Shown: one piece after another, positions 1 to 10,449 of the stretch
Layout of the letters: each line of letters starts with the position of its first letter
Numbering within the stretch: position 1 is the stretch's first letter
Source of the DNA: a virus
Taxonomy: Duplodnaviria; Caudoviricetes
IMG/VR virus record: IMGVR_UViG_2706796257_000001
Coordinates: 64,001-128,000 of that record
Reading direction: 5' to 3' (one strand)
DNA: 64,000 nucleotides
The notes under the pieces: model-generated
What the model saw: only the letters and a program-made list of their open reading frames with translations
What the model was told of the DNA's origin: nothing
The model's database searches: none
Position numbers and translations under genes: made by a program

Positions 1-363
1 ATTATTTGTATTTTTGAAGTATTGTTCACGAAGAACTTCTTCATGAGCTTCTACAACAAATTCACACATTCTGATAGCTTTTTCCTTTTTATCGAGTGCA
101 GCTTGACGTTCATCGCCTTCAGCTACTGATTTTTTAATTGCAGCTTCAAGCGGACTATTCGCGCGGCGTTCTTCAATTTCTTTAATAGCGTTAAGAGTTT
201 CCTGCGAGACTTGAGAAGTTGCACGAGTATAAACCATCCCAGAAGCTGGTTTGTAAACCAAATTACCTTCACTTCCATAATGTGGTTGCGAATAAGGTTG
301 AATAGAACAACCTGCTAAAGTAGTTGCTGCTATAACAATCAGTGATTTCAAATTAAATTTCAT
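1..363 (-). CDS. Predicted lipoprotein at the imm.1 position (3' end runs off window)
   Basis: Manual translation MKFNLKSLIVIAATTLAGCSIQPY..., lipobox LAGC, SD GAGG, own early promoter, directly downstream of gene 43. Confidence 0.7.
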   Translation of the reverse strand, partial: MKFNLKSLIVIAATTLAGCSIQPYSQPHYGSEGNLVYKPASGMVYTRATSQVSQETLNAIKEIEERRANSPLEAAIKKSVAEGDERQAALDKKEKAIRMCEFVVEAHEEVLREQYFKNTNN

Positions 364-393
364 TTTATTTTCCTCATTTGTTTTGATGAGATA

Positions 394-423
394 ATAGTAA
401 CACATCCTTCCATGGATGTAAAC
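394..423 (-). promoter_or_regulatory. T4-type early promoter
   Basis: GTTTAC-N18-TACTAT; spacer holds inverted repeat ACATCC..GGATGT. Confidence 0.85.
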
Positions 424-425
424 GG

Positions 426-3119
426 TTAGAAGTCAAACATATCTTCTAATGATGCTTTCTCTTCGTAGTCCATACCAGCAGCCTCACACATGCCAGTCAA
501 AGGTTTGACAAAAGACTTCTGAAAGAGCGTGGTGTAATCCATCCAAGCCAATACTTCTGAACGAATTTCCTGTGGCAACTCAGTACCTGATGGCCAAGCA
601 ATACACTTATCACCAAACGGGTTTCCTTCACGCAAAGGAACAATCATTACTTTGTTCCCCTCAAGAATTGGAGTAGCGCTGAACCCAGCAGTCGCTCGGT
701 TGTAAGTCAAAGCACCTCGAATGTGGAACGGACACTTAAATCCAGGCCATCCGTTATCGTCATACTTGGCGATGTCATTACATGTCTTAACTTCTGCAAT
801 GATTTTGTAATCAAGACCACGGTATTCTTTTTCAAATTGCTTGTAATATTCTTGTACTGATTTTTCACCTTCTTGAAGCATACGACGAATACTTTCTTCC
901 AATGCTGCCTGCACCGCCTTTGGAGTGGAAGATTGCTGAGTTTCCATACCCATGATTTTTAGATGCGGCTCAGTGTAACGAGTATCTTCCATGTCATATA
1001 CGTTCAATGCATAACGTTTCTTAGCTTTCCAGAAACCGCCAATACCCTTTGAACCAAGAGGAGGACAAGAAATAGCCTCACGGTCCATATGCATTAAGTG
1101 TTCTTTATTATTCATGTACTCGCAAAGCTCACGGTAAGCTTTGTCAATCATAGGTTCCATTTTTTTCTTACCAAATTGGTTCATGAATTCAACCAAATCA
1201 TTGGTATTTTTAAAACGCTCTAAACCTACTTTTTCAATTACTTTATCAACAGAAACGTAAACTGAGTCAGTGTCGCCTGCCGCTATAAAATCTTCATTTG
1301 TTGTACCGCATACTCGGTTCAGATACTCGTTAATCTTACGAGCAATCCACTGGATACCAACCTGACCGAACAGAGTGATAGCAGTCGCATTACGAAGGTC
1401 AAAATATCGGAAATAAATGTTACCGAGAGCACCATAAAGACTGTTGATGAGAATTTTACGGTTCAACTGGTTTGTATTAGCCAAAATACTCGCAAGTTCA
1501 CAATCATGCAGCATCGCTTTCAGAGCTGACACACTTAACCTGTGGAGTTCATTCTTCACTTCATCGCTAAAATCTTTATAACGCTCAACCTGAATTTTAC
1601 CGCCAGTTCCACCGGATTTTGAAGCGATAACAGCATTAATAACTTCGATGTTACGGTTTTCGGCTTGCTGCTTTTTCTTCCAATCTTTACGTTGGAAAAA
1701 TACCTTCGCAATCTCAACCGGGATAATACCCTCACGGTCTTTATGATACATCCAACCGTTTGGTGAACATGAATATGTATCACTAGGCCGCGGTGCTGTT
1801 CCATTGATGTATTCATGAATTGGATGAAGCTTAAACTGACCAGCGATAGTTTCTGGACTGATATTCACTTGACGAATGATACTTGGATAAAGAGACGTCA
1901 AGTCAAAACTCATGATATAATTACGAGCACATGCTTTTGGTTCAAATACATAAGCACCCGGGAAGCTCTGCTTAACATGCGAACGTCCTTGTGGAACCAC
2001 TCGCTTATCTTCTTTGAGACTATTGAAAATAATAGCATCCCAGGTTTTAATCGGGCTCATTACACCGCCAAAAGGCATTTTAGCGTAATAAGACATACTA
2101 ATTGCTAGGTCGATGAACCCACGAACTTGGTCGATACCTTGCACCGATTCAACGTCCATGATGTTATAACTGATATAACGTTGATGGTTCGTTTCGCGCA
2201 ATTTGTTAATTGGACCATCATAAGGCAGTTTACCTTTTTTGGTCTCATATTTTGCAACATAATCCAAAGTATAAGACGGTTGGTTCGTGAAACTGTACTT
2301 TTTGTACAAATCCATGTAATCAAGAATAGTTACGCCGTCAATGCTAAATACTTCTTTATCACCATACATGTTAGTGATAATTTTAGATTTCACGCGATTG
2401 ATTGGTGAAAAACGCTTCATCGAACGTTCACCTAGAACTTGCTTAACGCGGTTCATGATATACGGAATATCAAAACCTTCAATGTTCCAACCGGTGAAAA
2501 TTGCTGGACGCTTTTGTTCCCAAAGACGAATATATTCCATCAATAGTTCGGCTTCAGTTTCAAACGGTAGATAAACAACCCGGTCAAGAATATCTTGTGG
2601 AACTTCGTCACCGCCCTCTGCTTCACAACGAGCTGCTAACTTTTTATCCCATTTGGATACCGACCCATACAATGAATGGAGTAAATCAAAGACATAAAAT
2701 TTGTCATCAATAGAATCGTAATGAGTGATAGCATCAATTTCATATTCTGCTTTCATCGGGTCTGGGAATTTATCGCCAGTAACTTCGATGTCACAGTTCG
2801 CTACACGAATGAATTTTCGGTCATAAACAATTTCGGAACCATATGTGTCACTGATATATGCGAGTTTAAAATCATCCATGCCCATTGCTTCAAGACCGAC
2901 GTCTTCCATGCGCTTGAACCAATCACGAGCATCCTTCATTGTAGGAAAATTGATTGGCTCGCAGTCCTTTCCATAGATGTCTTTGAATTTTGATGGTTTA
3001 TCAACATGACGGAACAAAGTCGGAGAATATTCGATACGACGAGTTTTTTCTACGCCATCTTCAATATATCGTTCAACAATATCATTACCAACACTTTCTA
3101 CAGATACATAAAATTTCAT
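426..3119 (-). CDS. 43: DNA polymerase gp43 (family B)
   Basis: Exo motif DIEV, SFDLTSLYPS, KILINSLYG, AAGDTDS, C-terminal clamp peptide SLEDMFDF. Confidence 0.99.
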   Translation of the reverse strand: MKFYVSVESVGNDIVERYIEDGVEKTRRIEYSPTLFRHVDKPSKFKDIYGKDCEPINFPTMKDARDWFKRMEDVGLEAMGMDDFKLAYISDTYGSEIVYDRKFIRVANCDIEVTGDKFPDPMKAEYEIDAITHYDSIDDKFYVFDLLHSLYGSVSKWDKKLAARCEAEGGDEVPQDILDRVVYLPFETEAELLMEYIRLWEQKRPAIFTGWNIEGFDIPYIMNRVKQVLGERSMKRFSPINRVKSKIITNMYGDKEVFSIDGVTILDYMDLYKKYSFTNQPSYTLDYVAKYETKKGKLPYDGPINKLRETNHQRYISYNIMDVESVQGIDQVRGFIDLAISMSYYAKMPFGGVMSPIKTWDAIIFNSLKEDKRVVPQGRSHVKQSFPGAYVFEPKACARNYIMSFDLTSLYPSIIRQVNISPETIAGQFKLHPIHEYINGTAPRPSDTYSCSPNGWMYHKDREGIIPVEIAKVFFQRKDWKKKQQAENRNIEVINAVIASKSGGTGGKIQVERYKDFSDEVKNELHRLSVSALKAMLHDCELASILANTNQLNRKILINSLYGALGNIYFRYFDLRNATAITLFGQVGIQWIARKINEYLNRVCGTTNEDFIAAGDTDSVYVSVDKVIEKVGLERFKNTNDLVEFMNQFGKKKMEPMIDKAYRELCEYMNNKEHLMHMDREAISCPPLGSKGIGGFWKAKKRYALNVYDMEDTRYTEPHLKIMGMETQQSSTPKAVQAALEESIRRMLQEGEKSVQEYYKQFEKEYRGLDYKIIAEVKTCNDIAKYDDNGWPGFKCPFHIRGALTYNRATAGFSATPILEGNKVMIVPLREGNPFGDKCIAWPSGTELPQEIRSEVLAWMDYTTLFQKSFVKPLTGMCEAAGMDYEEKASLEDMFDF

Positions 3120-3146
3120 ATAGTTTTCCTCATGATTAATTTAAAA

Positions 3147-3851
3147 TTATTTTATACTATTTTTCTTAATGCAATTAAAGTAATCTATAATTTTCTGATA
3201 ACTAGTAATTGGAAAACCATTGGCTATTGCTATTGTTTTAAATTTTCCACATTTTGGATTTTCAAAAGATTCCCATAAATCAAATAACTTGCTAAATAAC
3301 GGTTCTGACCATATAGGATGAGTACGTTTTATTTTACGTTGAATATCTTTTGCTTCAATTGAACTATGCCATTTTTTAAGACTCGCTGAAATACGTTCTC
3401 GTATTTCAGGATTGTTGTGATACGACAATTTCTGCGCTTTTGAGCAATTCTCTATAACTTTGTTATTCGAATAAACCTTTTTCATTGTGTTAGAATGAGC
3501 TTTTAAATTTTCAGGATTTTTGAAATACTCTTTCATTTCCTTTGATTTTTCTTTTACAAATATTTCTCTATTTTTACTGTATTCTTTAGAATTTAATTCT
3601 ACTGAATTTAGATGCATTCTTGTTGTCATTCGCCATAAAGCATATTTCAACGCTGAATTTTCAGGATACATTTTAGTTAAAAGCCAATGAGCTATATAGT
3701 GGTCTTTAGAGCTCAAATTAACTAAATTGCTTTTATCATTTGTTCCTCCCATACATTTTGGAATTATGTGATGAGATTCCGTGTATTCAAAATTATAAGT
3801 GGAAGATTTAGCTGCGTTTATGAGAGATTCGTATTCAAAATTGTAGTTCAT
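3147..3851 (-). mobile_element. Free-standing Mob-type HNH homing endonuclease
   Basis: MNY..HHIIPKCMGG.N...NLV.L...H..AH motif with basic C-terminal region; lies between regA and 43. Confidence 0.9.
3149..3175 (-). promoter_or_regulatory. Putative MotA middle promoter for gene 43 inside the HNH gene 3' end
   Basis: ATTGCATTA-N12-TAAAAT. Confidence 0.5.
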
Positions 3852-3876
3852 TATATCATCCAAATTTATAGCAGAA
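3850..3876 (-). promoter_or_regulatory. Putative middle promoter (P43-like)
   Basis: TTCTGCTA-N13-TATAAT; the -10 overlaps the HNH ATG. Confidence 0.5.
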
Positions 3877-3895
3877 AAGGCCCACGGGCCTTTTC
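3874..3895 (-). terminator. Rho-independent terminator after regA
   Basis: GAAAAGGCC-CGTG-GGCCTTTTC. Confidence 0.8.
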
Positions 3896-3902
3896 ATTTG
3901 AG

Positions 3903-4265
3903 TTATGCACCTATAGTATATTTCGCGATAAGTTTCCAATCGTCTTTTTGCTTAAATGTGATGACGCGGAAATTATTTTGCATAGCTTGAAGAGAACCTC
4001 TGTCTACAAGTTCGATTAAACCCCAATCTTCTAGGAGTTGAGCAATCGAGTCACGGCGGATAATATCTTCATCGTCAATAGTGACTGGTCGTCCGTCCAG
4101 TTTAAGCATCTCTTTAAAATGAACTACATAATAAAGACCCTGCTTCTGCAAGATATGACAACTTTGATATAATACACGGTCTCTGTTATTAGCAATACCC
4201 ATGCGAGTAAGAGTTTCTTTTACTTTCAGGAAGTCTTCAGGTTGTTTCAGTTTAATTTCGATCAT
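3903..4265 (-). CDS. regA: Translational repressor RegA
   Basis: MIEIKLKQPEDFLKVKETLTRMGIANN...YQSCHILQK, synteny. Confidence 0.98.
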   Translation of the reverse strand: MIEIKLKQPEDFLKVKETLTRMGIANNRDRVLYQSCHILQKQGLYYVVHFKEMLKLDGRPVTIDDEDIIRRDSIAQLLEDWGLIELVDRGSLQAMQNNFRVITFKQKDDWKLIAKYTIGA

Positions 4266-4267
4266 TT

Positions 4268-4831
4268 TTACCATTCCAATGCTTGTTTTTTAAATTGTTT
4301 TTGTTCTTTAACATTTTTGGTCACGTCTTTCAAAAATTCATCTGTGACCAACCCTTTGGCTTCTTTTAATACTACGCCCAATTTACCTTTACGTTCTAGG
4401 GTTTCTCTATAAACCTGAGCGTCATTTAAATTAATAGTATAATATTTCATTAATACCCTGAGAATAAGTATCTCCTGGGTATCCTCTATTAACTTAGCCC
4501 ACTTACCAAAACGTCGGCCTTGAGGTACAGCAGCTACCATATAATTGAAATGAGCTTCATCCGATAGTCCAGAACCGATAAGATTCATTGTATAAACTGC
4601 TGTCATACATTCTGGATGTTGCGATAACGCATTTTCAACCATGAATTTGTTATATTCTTTTTGAGCAATGGAACACTGTTTCTTTTCGTTTATTGCACTG
4701 ATTATTTCAAAAAATTCATTTTCTGCTTTCTGTTTGAAAGTATCAGCCATTTCTTGAACTTTGTTCCAATCTTTAGAATACCAAGCTACCTGGTGCTCAT
4801 TAAATTGGATGTCATCATCAAATAAACTCAT
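4268..4831 (-). CDS. 62: Clamp loader small subunit gp62
   Basis: [17 protein letters not shown], synteny. Confidence 0.97.
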   Translation of the reverse strand: MSLFDDDIQFNEHQVAWYSKDWNKVQEMADTFKQKAENEFFEIISAINEKKQCSIAQKEYNKFMVENALSQHPECMTAVYTMNLIGSGLSDEAHFNYMVAAVPQGRRFGKWAKLIEDTQEILILRVLMKYYTINLNDAQVYRETLERKGKLGVVLKEAKGLVTDEFLKDVTKNVKEQKQFKKQALEW

Positions 4832-5787
4832 TTCCAATCCATCTCTAAAGTAAGCTGAATAAGCATATAAACGATATGTAGTTCTGTATTTGCCGCAATA
4901 CCATGATATTGGTTGTTTTCACCAATAATTTCATACATCCTAATGATACTTGGGCCTTTTACGAGATTGTAAAGTTCATTTGAAAGCTTATCAACAAACC
5001 AAGAATAATCTACCGCATATTTTGGAGCGAGAGCACGAAGCTGCTTAACATCTTTAGCTTTTAATGCATCTAAAACATCATTAACTGAACCATTGTCATT
5101 AGTTACAATACTCAGAATTCCAGCATCCAAGACACCTTTGGACGAATACATATCAAGTTCGCCAATAGTCTTACGAAAATCTGGAAAGTTCTTTTTAACT
5201 AAAGCAGCAACAACTTTTAAATCGGCGATTTCAATATTTTCATTTTTGCATATTTCAACCATACGACGAATCATCTGTTTCATCATTGTTGTACGGTCTT
5301 CTTCTGTTGCTTGGCCAAATTTAATTACTCGGCAACGCGAACGAAGTGGTTCAATAATGCCGTCAATATTGTTGGCAGTAATAATAACAGAACAGTTACT
5401 TGAATATGCTTCTAAAAATGAACGCAAATGACGCTGAGATTCAGCAAGTCCAGAACGGTCAAATTCGTCAATAACAATAACTTTTTGACGACCTTCAATA
5501 GAAGCAGAACTTGCAAAATTAGTTAATGGCCCACGGACAAAATCAATTTTACAATCTGAACCATTCACAAACATCATATCAGCATTTGTGTCATTACACA
5601 AAGCTTTTGCTGTAGTTGTTTTACCTGTACCTGGTGAAGCAGATACCAGAATCATATGAGGGATTTTACCGCTTTTAACAATTTTATTCATTGTTTCGCG
5701 GTCGGCGGCGGGAAGGATACATTCTTCAATTGTAGAAGGACGATACCGTTGTTCAAGGATGTGTTCTTTTTCGTTAATTGTAATCAT
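4828..5787 (-). CDS. 44: Clamp loader AAA+ subunit gp44
   Basis: [16 protein letters not shown] motif. Confidence 0.99.
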   Translation of the reverse strand: MITINEKEHILEQRYRPSTIEECILPAADRETMNKIVKSGKIPHMILVSASPGTGKTTTAKALCNDTNADMMFVNGSDCKIDFVRGPLTNFASSASIEGRQKVIVIDEFDRSGLAESQRHLRSFLEAYSSNCSVIITANNIDGIIEPLRSRCRVIKFGQATEEDRTTMMKQMIRRMVEICKNENIEIADLKVVAALVKKNFPDFRKTIGELDMYSSKGVLDAGILSIVTNDNGSVNDVLDALKAKDVKQLRALAPKYAVDYSWFVDKLSNELYNLVKGPSIIRMYEIIGENNQYHGIAANTELHIVYMLIQLTLEMDWK

Positions 5788-5813
5788 AATTTCCTCATAT
5801 TAATATTCAAAGC

Positions 5814-5833
5814 AATGGGGCCGTAACCCCATT
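5814..5833 (-). terminator. Hairpin between genes 45 and 44
   Basis: AATGGGG-TTACGG-CCCCATT. Confidence 0.55.
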
Positions 5834-5855
5834 TTAAATCATTTTATTTACAGCA

Positions 5856-6542
5856 TTAAAAATCATGAGTAGAATCAGCTTCCATAGCTACTACATAACT
5901 TGCATGTTCACCTTCAAACTTAGCTGCTGTTTTCTTACCATCAGCCCACAGCATCAATTTGTATGAAGCGGGCTGCATTTTCATATTAGCCATGTTAATA
6001 ACAAAGTTAAAGTTATTAGTGCCGTCGTAGTCACCCAAAGTCAAAGAATATTTTACACGAACCAAAGCAGAATCTTCAACTTTATTATAACCATTCAGAA
6101 TAATTTTACCATCTTTGTTAGTGAATGTGATGGTATCAATCTGCAAACCGCGAGAAACTCGCATCAGCTGCTGAAGGTCTTCACCTTTAAAATCTACAAT
6201 AACTGAAGCGACCGGGAACGGAATTGGTTTGCTTGGAAAAACAATGGTGCTTGGGTCAGCTGCTGGCCAGAAAATAGTTGAACGAGCATCTGCGATTTTC
6301 ACATTACCATCATCTGCCATGGAAATCTCTGCGTCTTCATTGACTAAACCAAGAATACCCAGAAAACCATTCAAATCATAAATTGCTACTTCAAAATCAA
6401 TTGTGTCTGCGATAGTTGCTTCAGCATAAGTTGTGCCGTTTACAGCACGTGTCATGATAAAGTTACCCTGCTTAAGCATGATACCAGAGTTAATAGTAGA
6501 GAAATTTTTCAGAATATTCAGAGTATCTTTAGACAGTTTCAT
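5856..6542 (-). CDS. 45: Sliding clamp gp45
   Basis: MKLSKDT..ILKNFSTINSGIML...EADSTHDF. Confidence 0.99.
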   Translation of the reverse strand: MKLSKDTLNILKNFSTINSGIMLKQGNFIMTRAVNGTTYAEATIADTIDFEVAIYDLNGFLGILGLVNEDAEISMADDGNVKIADARSTIFWPAADPSTIVFPSKPIPFPVASVIVDFKGEDLQQLMRVSRGLQIDTITFTNKDGKIILNGYNKVEDSALVRVKYSLTLGDYDGTNNFNFVINMANMKMQPASYKLMLWADGKKTAAKFEGEHASYVVAMEADSTHDF

Positions 6543-6583
6543 TATTTTTCCTTTCAATTACACGTTTAATAAGATTTATTATA

Positions 6584-6976
6584 TTACTTAAAAGTTTTTG
6601 CAAGTTCTTCGATAACTTCTTCAGATACCAGCAAAGCAGCAGAAATTAATTGTTCATCAGCGTTAACACAGAAATCATCTTCAAGACGCTCGCCACCAAT
6701 ACGGTCCAGAACAAATTTAGCACCGGCAGAAACAGATTCATTGTAATGCTTCCGCATCAGTTCAATCCATTTATCATTTACGGAGCGGTCAATTGACTGA
6801 TAATATGCATGCCGCGCTTCAGCAATAGGGATACGTTTGCGGATAAGTTCAGCACCTTGTTCACCCATAGCAAGTACCCATACTCGACGAATTTTGTTTT
6901 GGTTATTAGGGTTAGAGTCAGTACGTACATTTTTAGGCTGGATATCTTTAGTATCAATTGCAAAATTCAAGTTCAT
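6584..6976 (-). CDS. rpbA: RNA polymerase-binding protein RpbA
   Basis: [22 protein letters not shown], synteny. Confidence 0.95.
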   Translation of the reverse strand: MNLNFAIDTKDIQPKNVRTDSNPNNQNKIRRVWVLAMGEQGAELIRKRIPIAEARHAYYQSIDRSVNDKWIELMRKHYNESVSAGAKFVLDRIGGERLEDDFCVNADEQLISAALLVSEEVIEELAKTFK

Positions 6977-6992
6977 AATATTTCCTATTCAA

Positions 6993-7184
6993 TTAATCAA
7001 AATATTCTATTACTGTCCAAGCGGTGTTGCGGTTAGACATTATTTTAACATATTCGTCTTTAAAAGCATCTCTGAGCTGTATTTCAGTAACTAAGTGGTC
7101 TTCACCTGAAAAATTATTAGTCAGAATATATCTTTTAATTTCCGGTACGGCCAACAGCTGTTGGCCATTTTTAAAGTCTGTCAT
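6993..7184 (-). CDS. 45.2: gp45.2 conserved hypothetical
   Basis: YILTNNFSGEDHLVTE, synteny. Confidence 0.85.
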   Translation of the reverse strand: MTDFKNGQQLLAVPEIKRYILTNNFSGEDHLVTEIQLRDAFKDEYVKIMSNRNTAWTVIEYFD

Positions 7185-8866
7185 TTTTCCATTACCGTGA
7201 ATCTGCCAACTTTCTTCATCTGAAGATGTTGCCCATAATCCTGCGGGTCATGGTCTTTATGGCTTATGATAAAGATATTACTATCAGTCATTCCATTGAG
7301 AATTGTTCCTACTCGCTTAATACCTTCATTATCAAACGCGCCATCATAAACTTCATCAAGAAAGAGACAGTTAATTTTAACATTAGAAACTTTTTCAGCA
7401 ATGTCTCGCCATGTGAATAGCAGCGCAATATCAATACGAGCTTTTTCACCTTGGCTAAATGACGCATAACTGAATTCTTCGCGACCGCGAGATTTAATAG
7501 TTTCGGTGAATTCTTCGTTCAAAGTAAAGACATAATCAGCTTCCATAATTTTAAGATACTGATTAATCTGTTTGTTGAACATCGGAATATATTTGCTAAT
7601 AATAGCTCCCTTGATACCCGAATCTTTCAGCATTTCAGTTAAAATGCCTCGATGATATTTTTCCATAACCATATTGGATTTGGTATCAACTATTTTATTC
7701 AATTCTTCGTTAAGCGTTTTAATCTCATCGGCATGATTGATGAATTCTTTTGATGCTTTTTCAATCGCCGCTTTTACTTTTTTAGCCTTTTCTACTGTTG
7801 AAATTAAAGTTTGCTTTTTAGATTTTATGTCTTGAGCAAGTTCTCGTTGCGTTCTAACGTTGCTCTCATATTCATGCACTAGTGTCTCGAGATTGGCTCT
7901 ATGACTTTCTAACGACTCTGATGTATGTTTACATTCATTAATCTTATCGTTAATCTGAGTGACTAGAGATGACCCAGAGTCTAATTGTTGCATGCATGTT
8001 GGGCATGAACCTCCAGAATGATACAAAGAAACAACCTTGTTATATGAGTCAATTTTAGACTTAATCAACAGAGTTTGATTACCAATTTCAGTAAACGCGG
8101 ACCGAGGGTCTTCATCAAGAACGATAGATGTTAAACGTTCAGTTGCTTTTTCAATTTCAGATTTGATAGAACGTGCTTCAGTCGCAAGTTCATCGTACAT
8201 GGTCTGAAAACGAGCTATGTTTTCTCCTGATAGCTTTTTCTGACGTTCAACGTTCTCTTCATAAATTTTAATCTGTTGGATAATTCCGTCTTTCTTTGCG
8301 TCCAACACAGAGACTTGTGAATTAATTTCTCTTATATGAGATTTATTCAATTTATCCATTTCAGCTAATGTAGAAACTTCGAGCAAGTCTTCTACTAACT
8401 TCCGCCGGGCTGGAGTACTCAAACCCATGAACGGTGTATAACCAGCTGTACCAAGCACAACTACTTGCTTAAAGCTGGAATAAGACATTTTGATAAGTTC
8501 TTCAAAATAGCTTTGAAAATCTTTAACAGAAGCTGCCTCATCCAAGCGAACTCCGTCTCGAGTTATTTCAAAGATATTCGGCTTTTGCCCGCGCTTTATA
8601 TAAAAATGCTTACCGTCATACTCCATCCAAAGCTCTACTAACATATCTTTTTTATTAATAGAGTTTACTAGTTGTCCTTTCTTAATATCACGGAACGGTT
8701 TGCCAAATAAAGCAAATGTAATAGCTTCCAGCATGGTACTCTTACCACCGCCATTTTTGCCGGTGATGAGAGTTTTTTGTACCTTATCAAGTTGAATATC
8801 AATGGGCGAACCGCCCACTGACATAATGTTTTGGTACTTAACACGATTTAGCTTAAATGTTTTCAC
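7181..8866 (-). CDS. 46: Recombination nuclease ATPase subunit gp46 (Rad50/SbcC-like)
   Basis: GKNGGGKST, CPTC hook, FSQGE, LFLDE; GTG start. Confidence 0.99.
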   Translation of the reverse strand: MKTFKLNRVKYQNIMSVGGSPIDIQLDKVQKTLITGKNGGGKSTMLEAITFALFGKPFRDIKKGQLVNSINKKDMLVELWMEYDGKHFYIKRGQKPNIFEITRDGVRLDEAASVKDFQSYFEELIKMSYSSFKQVVVLGTAGYTPFMGLSTPARRKLVEDLLEVSTLAEMDKLNKSHIREINSQVSVLDAKKDGIIQQIKIYEENVERQKKLSGENIARFQTMYDELATEARSIKSEIEKATERLTSIVLDEDPRSAFTEIGNQTLLIKSKIDSYNKVVSLYHSGGSCPTCMQQLDSGSSLVTQINDKINECKHTSESLESHRANLETLVHEYESNVRTQRELAQDIKSKKQTLISTVEKAKKVKAAIEKASKEFINHADEIKTLNEELNKIVDTKSNMVMEKYHRGILTEMLKDSGIKGAIISKYIPMFNKQINQYLKIMEADYVFTLNEEFTETIKSRGREEFSYASFSQGEKARIDIALLFTWRDIAEKVSNVKINCLFLDEVYDGAFDNEGIKRVGTILNGMTDSNIFIISHKDHDPQDYGQHLQMKKVGRFTVMEK

Positions 8867-9885
8867 GAGTTTTGAACCTCGATATAAAGTTGATTAGCAT
8901 ATTTTATAACTGCTTTCCTGTCATCGTTGGATAAATCAGGTAAAGAGTTAATATATTCTTCCATAAGTTCAAGTAAGCTTTTAACTTCTACTTCAGCTTC
9001 TTCATCAACTTCAAGAGAATTATCAATCTTTGAAACGGTACGAAGCTCATGAACAACTTTTTCGAGTTCGCTTTCAAATTTTGGAAGGTCTTTATCAACT
9101 TCTGTAATAATGACACGAACTGAAATATTTTTGTAACGATTAATATCAAATTTACCCTTAAATGGATAAATTATTTTTTGATGCCAACATGTTTCGTTTT
9201 CGATAAAATCAAAACTGTCATCTTGAGTGTCCTGTATCCAGAAACCTCGCGGGTCATTTTCGTCTCCCGCGGTAAGTGTCCATGGCGTGCCAATATATTT
9301 GACATTAGCTGCACTAGAGATAGTATGGAAGTGTCCAGAACGAACATGTTTATATTTTTTAAGGAAATCAGGTTCCAACCCGTGGGATTTTAGTCCTTTG
9401 TAGTAATAAAAACCACTTAATTCCCAATGACCAATGCAAATATCAGCGTCAGACGTTTTGATGTGATTCATTATATCGGACGCGTTCTCTTCGCACATCC
9501 ACGGAATCATATCAATCAAACAACCATCAAAATCTACAGTCTCAGGAGTATCATGAATTATGATATGGTCATATTTACCGAGAATCTCAGTAATCGCGTT
9601 AGGATGAAGTGTGTTTTTATAATGCATGTCATGATTACCAATTAAGGTATGCATCGTAATACCAGCTTCATCCAATAGCGTTGCTATCTCACGGGCAAAT
9701 TCCATAGTCTTATGGGTGATAGCTTTACGAACGTCAAAGATGTCGCCGTACTGAACCCACGTAGTTATTCCATGTTTTTTTGAATATTCAATTTTCTGAC
9801 GCAGACCATCTCGCTGGATATTCTGGAGCCACGGGTCATCGCCCTTAACTCCTAAATGCCAGTCACCTGTGTGAAGAATTTTCAT
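8863..9885 (-). CDS. 47: Recombination nuclease gp47 (Mre11/SbcD-like)
   Basis: GDWHLG, GDIFD, GNHD, GHFH. Confidence 0.99.
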   Translation of the reverse strand: MKILHTGDWHLGVKGDDPWLQNIQRDGLRQKIEYSKKHGITTWVQYGDIFDVRKAITHKTMEFAREIATLLDEAGITMHTLIGNHDMHYKNTLHPNAITEILGKYDHIIIHDTPETVDFDGCLIDMIPWMCEENASDIMNHIKTSDADICIGHWELSGFYYYKGLKSHGLEPDFLKKYKHVRSGHFHTISSAANVKYIGTPWTLTAGDENDPRGFWIQDTQDDSFDFIENETCWHQKIIYPFKGKFDINRYKNISVRVIITEVDKDLPKFESELEKVVHELRTVSKIDNSLEVDEEAEVEVKSLLELMEEYINSLPDLSNDDRKAVIKYANQLYIEVQNS

Positions 9886-9914
9886 ATTTTAACCTGTACA
9901 AAAAATGATAATTA

Positions 9915-9940
9915 ATTATATCAAATATATAAAAAGCAAA
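9915..9940 (-). promoter_or_regulatory. MotA middle promoter upstream of 47
   Basis: TTTGCTTT-N12-TATAAT. Confidence 0.8.
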
Positions 9941-10270
9941 TTAGTACACGCACAATATTTTTGAAACGTTTGACCGGTTAATTTTGTGAATAAACACACA
10001 TTTTTCTTCTGGTGATAATTCGTGATTTCTGATGAGTGTCGCACAAGGATATTTTGGTGGATAATCTTTCTTTAAAACTAAAAGTAACTCATCCAAATAT
10101 CCGCAGCTACCATAAGCATGCCGAAGTTTAACGATATCAACATGCTTAATGCGTTCAAAATCTTTAGAGCTTTGCACTGTACTTCGCCAATGCACTTCAT
10201 TATCTTTAGTCGTTGGAGAAATATAAACTGCAACTCTTAGTTCGGTGTCATTTAATTTAATTTTTTCCAT
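9941..10270 (-). CDS. Hypothetical protein in the slot where T4 has a-gt/mobB
   Basis: ORF with GAGG SD before MEKIKL. Confidence 0.75.
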   Translation of the reverse strand: MEKIKLNDTELRVAVYISPTTKDNEVHWRSTVQSSKDFERIKHVDIVKLRHAYGSCGYLDELLLVLKKDYPPKYPCATLIRNHELSPEEKCVFIHKINRSNVSKILCVY

Positions 10271-10287
10271 TATTACCTCAAAGAACA

Positions 10288-10307
10288 AAGGGAGCCGAGG
10301 CTCCCTT
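10288..10307 (-). terminator. Rho-independent terminator
   Basis: AAGGGAGC-CTCG-GCTCCCTT followed by TGTTCTTT. Confidence 0.75.
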
Positions 10308-10449
10308 AAATTTTACGATATGTTATAGTATTTTCGGCTTTTGCTTTATCGTGTAATAGTTTGAATTGTGACATCATTTCAGACATGCTGTTATGTATTT
10401 TTGTATAATCAACAGTCTTCTTTGGAGTTTCTGTCACGATTTTTACCAT
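10306..10449 (-). CDS. a-gt.2-like small protein (47 aa, not in ORF track)
   Basis: Manual translation MVKIVTETPKKTVDYTKIHNSMSEMMSQFKLLHDKAKAENTITYRKI; synteny. Confidence 0.7.
   Translation of the reverse strand: MVKIVTETPKKTVDYTKIHNSMSEMMSQFKLLHDKAKAENTITYRKI

Noticed and set aside
426-3119. Split gene or intein in gp43
   Set aside because: Normal length, continuous motifs, no intein signatures
3865-3872. Late promoter for the HNH gene (TATAAATT)
   Set aside because: One mismatch from TATAAATA and overlaps the better-fitting MotA-box spacing; cannot be excluded without TSS data
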